DNA of 58,911 nucleotides, filler included. It is 5 parts of 5 records of this genome, joined end to end, with 100 filler letters (N's around TTAATTAATTAA, not from the genome) between each part and the next. Parts side by side here need not be neighbours in the genome. Positions count along the whole stretch, not along the records: positions 53,177 to 58,911 come from SRR31147125_41423; 4 more parts are not named here. One strand, written 5' to 3'. The translations under genes and the position numbers were made by a program. The notes under the pieces were generated by a model. That model searched no databases. It was not told the origin of the DNA and saw only the letters and a list, made by a program, of their open reading frames with translations. This document shows positions 54,472 through 58,911 of this stretch, piece after piece. Position 1 is the first letter of the stretch. Every line of letters starts with the position of its first letter.

Positions 54472-55367
54472 ATGGTAGAACTATTAAAAATAAATCAGAC
54501 TCATTCATTGAATACAAGAGAACTGATTTTACAAAAATACCAAAAAAGAGAAATAACAAATGGTGTGTTTCTTCAAACCTGCAATCGAATTGAATGGTAC
54601 AAAGGGAATGGTTATATCTCTAAAGATTTGGCACTCCATTTATTCCGTTTAGTCTCTGGACTTGAATCAACATTAATCGGAGAAACTGCAATTACGGGTC
54701 AAGTTAAACGAGCATATCAATTAGCACATAAAAATAGCTACCTAACAAAGAGTTTGCATAAACTATTTCAAACATCCTTTTTTGTAGCAAAAGAGTAAGA
54801 AGGGAAACAGGTATTTCAAAAGGAGCAATGTCGCATAGTCAAGCTGTTGTTCAAATTCTGAAGAATAAAAACATTGATTTTAGCAATCAGGTTGTTACTT
54901 TTATTGGAGCAAATAGTCTTACGGAAAACATAATCAAGTTTCTAAATACAAAAGGAACAGACTCCTTTTTTATAGGTAACCGAACCTTTGATAAGGCTAG
55001 TTCACTAGCAGATAAATACGATGGTGAAGCTTTTCAATTTAATAACTTGACAAGCATTCTTAAACAAACCGATATTCTAATTTCAGCAACATCGGCACCT
55101 CACTTAATACTTAAAAAAGAAGAACTTCCAACAGTCTACCCTAAACTAATTTTCGACTTAGCAGTTCCTCGAGATATTGATCCGCAAATAGCAGATATTT
55201 CAAGCATTAAATTGTATAACGTTGAACATATTGAACAAAAAATTATTATAAATAGAGAGTTGCGCTCTGAAGAAGTACTAAAGGCAGAAGCCATTATTGA
55301 AGAAGAATTAGAACTTTTCTTTTCAAAGTTCAACCAACTCAATTACCAACAAAACTTTGCAGGATGA
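54472..55367 (+). CDS. hemA: Glutamyl-tRNA reductase, short form, frameshift near 54790
   Basis: TCNRIE, HLFRLVSGLES..IGE, NRT, ISATSAPH and DLAVPRDID. Confidence 0.88.
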
Positions 55368-55594
55368 GAGAGAAAGCATATAGGAGCATTGTAAAGACAG
55401 TTTCGTGGAGAACACTGGGAACGATTGATACCATTATAATTGCATGGTTAGTTATTGGGAAACTTGAATTTGCAGTTACAATTGGCGGTGTAGAACTGTT
55501 TACTAAAATGATTTTATACTATTTCCATGAACGCACTTGGAATAAAATAAAATTTGGAAAAATAGATGACTCAGACATTGAATATCAAATATAA
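55364..55594 (+). CDS. DUF2061 membrane protein
   Basis: RSIVKTVSWRTLGT...KMILYYFHERTW. Confidence 0.85.
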   Translation: MREKAYRSIVKTVSWRTLGTIDTIIIAWLVIGKLEFAVTIGGVELFTKMILYYFHERTWNKIKFGKIDDSDIEYQI

Positions 55595-55595
55595 A

Positions 55596-56063
55596 ATGAA
55601 GAAAAATTATCTACCCATAGCAATTAATATCGCTGATGAAAAAATCCTAATTATTGGAGGAGGAAAATCAGCTTGGAGCAAAATCCGTATTCTTCAACGA
55701 TTTAATGCAAATCTGGAAGTAATTGCGAAAGATGTTTGTGATGAGATAAAAGAAAGTGGAATCCCATTTAAAGAAAAAGCTTATGAAAAGATTGATTTAA
55801 ATGGTTTTCTTATGTTCTATTCATGCACCAATAATGCTGAGCTGGATAAACAAATTGCAAAAGATGGGAAAGAAGCAGGAATACTTGTGAATATACATGA
55901 TAATCCGGAGCTATGCCAGTTCGTATCCCCTGCAATCTATCAGAATGAAAATATTAGAGTTGCCGTAAGTTCTAACGCAACAGATGTATTTTCTTCAATA
56001 AGCATAAGAAATGAAATACAAGAATATTTTGAAAATAAAACCCAAAAAATTGAAGAAAAATGA
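55596..56063 (+). CDS. Precorrin-2 dehydrogenase (SirC / CysG N-terminal type)
   Basis: YLPIAINI, ILIIGGG and VNIHDNPELCQFVSPA. Confidence 0.85.
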   Translation: MKKNYLPIAINIADEKILIIGGGKSAWSKIRILQRFNANLEVIAKDVCDEIKESGIPFKEKAYEKIDLNGFLMFYSCTNNAELDKQIAKDGKEAGILVNIHDNPELCQFVSPAIYQNENIRVAVSSNATDVFSSISIRNEIQEYFENKTQKIEEK

Positions 56064-57847
56064 GTGTCAATTTAAACCCCTTAAATGATAGCCAGATTAA
56101 AGCACTTTCACAATTAAGTGAAGGTCTGGGGAAGGAACAGTTGATTTGGTTGAATGGTTATTTTCAGGGACTTGCCTCAATAAGTGGGAATGGAGTTTTA
56201 CCTGTATCAAACATCTCAGAAGATGAATCTTCTATAGCAAAAATTCCGTTAACAGTACTATACGGAACTCACACCGGACGTTGTGAATCCTTAGCTAAAA
56301 AGCTATGTAAAATTGCTTCAACTTCTGGAATTGAATGCAAAGTTCATCCAATGGACGATTACAAAACGAAAAAATTGAAGGAAGAAAAAAACCTGTTTGT
56401 AATAGTTAGCACGCATGGAGAAGGCGAACCTCCAGAGATGGCTGAAGACTTCCATGAATTTATTATGGGCAAAAGACTTCCAAAATTGGAAGGTTTAAAC
56501 TATTCAGTTCTTGCGCTTGGCGATAAAAGCTATAAGTTATTCTGCCAAACAGGAATTGAAGTTGATAAAGCTCTAAAGAATGCAGGCGCAACAGAAATAC
56601 ACCCTCTTGTAAAGTGTGATGTTGATTTTGAAGAAGATGCTGCAAGCTGGACAGAATCAGTAATAAAAGAGTTGGCAAAGAATGCTCCAGCTCAAACACA
56701 AACTTCAACACAATCAGGTTCTTCTTCAGAAAGCAAAACTTACACTAAGAAGAATCCGTTTAGAGCCACAGTTCTTGATAAAACAAAAATTACCGGACGT
56801 GATTCAGACAAAGAAGTATATCATCTTGAGTTATCGTTAGAAGATTCTGGAATTATTTATGAACCTGGTGATTCTTTAGGAATAATAGCTGAAAACCCAC
56901 CTATTTTGGTTGAACAGCTTATTGAGAAACTTGGTATTAATAAAGCGGAATTAGTTGAAACGAAAGATGGACAAGTGAGCTTTGAAGAAGCTTTAAAACA
57001 TCATTTTGAAATTAGCCTGCTAACACGTGATATTATTCATAAATATGCTGATAAAACTCAAAATACCGAGATTAAAAAGATACTTGAAAATGATGAACTT
57101 TTAGATCAATATTTATACGGACACGATGTATTGGATCTACTAACAGAATTTCAATATAACTTTAATGCCAAATCATTTATTGAATTGCTAAGACCCCTAC
57201 CCGCTCGCTTATACTCTATTTCATCCAGTCAACTGGCTGTTGAAGATGAAGTACACATTACCGTTTCCCGTGTAAACTATAACAACAAGGGGCGTGAACG
57301 TGTTGGTGCTTGCTCTGGTTTTCTTGCCGATCAAGCTGAAGTTGATGACGAGTTATTAGTCTATATCGAAAAGAATCCAAACTTCAGGCTTCCTCAAAAC
57401 GGAACACCTATTATTATGGTTGGTGCAGGTACCGGAATTGCACCATATCGTGCTTTCATACAAGAGCGTGAAGCCAATAAGCTAAAAAGTGAAAGCTGGT
57501 TATTTTTTGGAGATCGACATTTCAATTCAGATTTTTTGTATCAACTTGAATGGCAAAAGTTATTAAAGAAAGGTTATCTGGGTAAAATAGATCTGGCTTT
57601 TTCACGCGATCAGGAAGAAAAAATATATGTACAGCATAAACTAAAAGAAAATGAGAAAGAGCTTTTTAACTGGCTGGAGAATGGTGCCAACTTCTATCTC
57701 TGCGGTGATATGAAACACATGGCTAAAGATGTAATGCAAACACTACTTGAAATTATTCAGGTACAAGGAGGACTTTCTCCTGAGAAAGCAAAACAATATT
57801 TCAAAAAGCTAAAAAAAGAAAAACGCTTCCAGATAGACGTATATTAA
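56060..57847 (+). CDS. cysJ: Sulfite reductase (NADPH) flavoprotein
   Basis: STHGEGEPP, RLYSISS, GAGTGIAPYR and DFLYQLEW. Confidence 0.95.
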   Translation: MSVNLNPLNDSQIKALSQLSEGLGKEQLIWLNGYFQGLASISGNGVLPVSNISEDESSIAKIPLTVLYGTHTGRCESLAKKLCKIASTSGIECKVHPMDDYKTKKLKEEKNLFVIVSTHGEGEPPEMAEDFHEFIMGKRLPKLEGLNYSVLALGDKSYKLFCQTGIEVDKALKNAGATEIHPLVKCDVDFEEDAASWTESVIKELAKNAPAQTQTSTQSGSSSESKTYTKKNPFRATVLDKTKITGRDSDKEVYHLELSLEDSGIIYEPGDSLGIIAENPPILVEQLIEKLGINKAELVETKDGQVSFEEALKHHFEISLLTRDIIHKYADKTQNTEIKKILENDELLDQYLYGHDVLDLLTEFQYNFNAKSFIELLRPLPARLYSISSSQLAVEDEVHITVSRVNYNNKGRERVGACSGFLADQAEVDDELLVYIEKNPNFRLPQNGTPIIMVGAGTGIAPYRAFIQEREANKLKSESWLFFGDRHFNSDFLYQLEWQKLLKKGYLGKIDLAFSRDQEEKIYVQHKLKENEKELFNWLENGANFYLCGDMKHMAKDVMQTLLEIIQVQGGLSPEKAKQYFKKLKKEKRFQIDVY

Positions 57848-57962
57848 CCCACACTTAAGTGGCTTCCCGAACTCCTGACTACCGTCAGTCAGTTGTTTAA
57901 TGATAGAGATGCCGAAGCAAGTTTAACATAGCTAATAAGAACCAAGAATAAAGATTTAAATA

Positions 57963-58911
57963 ATGAGCGATACAATAGATTGGACAACACTTTCAGAAGT
58001 TGAAAAATTAAAATACGATAGCAACTATTTACGAGGTACACTAGTTGAAAGTTTGGCAGACCCAGTTACCGGAGCTATTGCCATTGGCGACACACAAATG
58101 TCAAAATTTCATGGGATTTACCAGCAGCACGATCGTGATTTGGAAAAAGAACGCAAACGCCAAAAGCTGGAACCAGCCTTCTCATTCCTGATCCGAGTTA
58201 GGCTTCCCGGTGGAGTTGCTACGGCAAAACAATGGTTACAGATGGATCACCTTGCTGATGAACATGCCAATGGGACATTGAAGCTTACAACACGCCAAGC
58301 ATTTCAATTACATGGTGTAATTAAAAAGAAATTAAAGCCAACCATTCAGGGTATAAACGATGCACTTATGGATACCATTGCCGCATGTGGAGATGTAAAT
58401 AGGAATGTAATGTCACATGCAAATCCAGCAGAATCTGAACTACATGCTGAAGTGTACCAATTGGCAAAGGATATTTCAGCACATTTAACACCACAAACAT
58501 CAGCATATCATGAGATTTGGCTGGACAAGCAACTTGTTGCAGATTCAAAAGAAGATATTGAACCTATTTATGGAAATCGTTATCTTCCTAGAAAATTTAA
58601 AATGGCTATTGCAATCCCACCATATAACGATACCGATATTTTCTCACAAGACTTGGGGCTTATTGCCATTGAAGAAAAGGGAAAACTTATTGGATACAAT
58701 GTTAGCGCTGGTGGAGGTTTTGGTTCAACATTTGGAGTTCAGGAAACTTACCCACGATTGGGAAGTGTAATTGGTTTTTGCACCCCGGAGCAAGCAGTTG
58801 ACGTGGCTGAAAAAGTAGTTCTTGTTCAAAAAGATAATGGAGACAGACAAAACCGGAAGCATGCCCGCTTAAAGTATACTATTGATGAAAATGGTTTGGA
58901 TTGGTTTAAAA
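57963..58911 (+). CDS. cysI: Sulfite reductase hemoprotein, runs off the window
   Basis: Manual translation [40 protein letters not shown] and YLPRKFK. Confidence 0.95.
   Translation, partial: MSDTIDWTTLSEVEKLKYDSNYLRGTLVESLADPVTGAIAIGDTQMSKFHGIYQQHDRDLEKERKRQKLEPAFSFLIRVRLPGGVATAKQWLQMDHLADEHANGTLKLTTRQAFQLHGVIKKKLKPTIQGINDALMDTIAACGDVNRNVMSHANPAESELHAEVYQLAKDISAHLTPQTSAYHEIWLDKQLVADSKEDIEPIYGNRYLPRKFKMAIAIPPYNDTDIFSQDLGLIAIEEKGKLIGYNVSAGGGFGSTFGVQETYPRLGSVIGFCTPEQAVDVAEKVVLVQKDNGDRQNRKHARLKYTIDENGLDWFK

Overview
The window is five unrelated contigs joined by N-spacers carrying TTAATTAATTAA (20181-20280, 29552-29651, 44980-45079, 53077-53176), so it looks like a metagenome or mixed assembly. 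Many frameshifts sit in homopolymer runs and are probably sequencing errors. Contig 1 (1-20180, Desulfobacterota-like) is a 2-hydroxyacid/glyoxylate/C1 catabolic region: lactate-type TRAP transporter, GlcD-GlcF fusion dehydrogenase, glyoxylate-type aminotransferase, stand-alone formyl-THF hydrolase-like protein, SucC-ferredoxin-SucD-like ligase, an uncharacterised Fe-S gene pair, two TauE exporters and three gene remnants. Contig 2 (20281-29551, Bacteroidota) is a sugar locus: GH97, GH3, GH127, MFS, GH29 and a URO-D/MtaA-family protein. Contig 3 (29652-44979, Desulfobacteraceae-like) is housekeeping (topA, dprA, cpoB, secF, secD, yajC, rne, leuS, lptE, rpsT, murJ, ftsB) with two copies of a MITE-like repeat. 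Contig 4 (45080-53076, Bacteroidota) holds the tpiA end, a lipoprotein, a membrane polyferredoxin, a T9SS protein and a TonB receptor. Contig 5 (53177-58911, AT-rich Bacteroidota) holds comA and a siroheme/sulfite-reductase operon. The best find is absent from the ORF track: a 30-codon Met/Cys-rich leader peptide with an antiterminator/terminator pair upstream of that operon, a candidate sulfur-amino-acid-sensing attenuator. Taxonomic labels are impressions from gene content, not search results.
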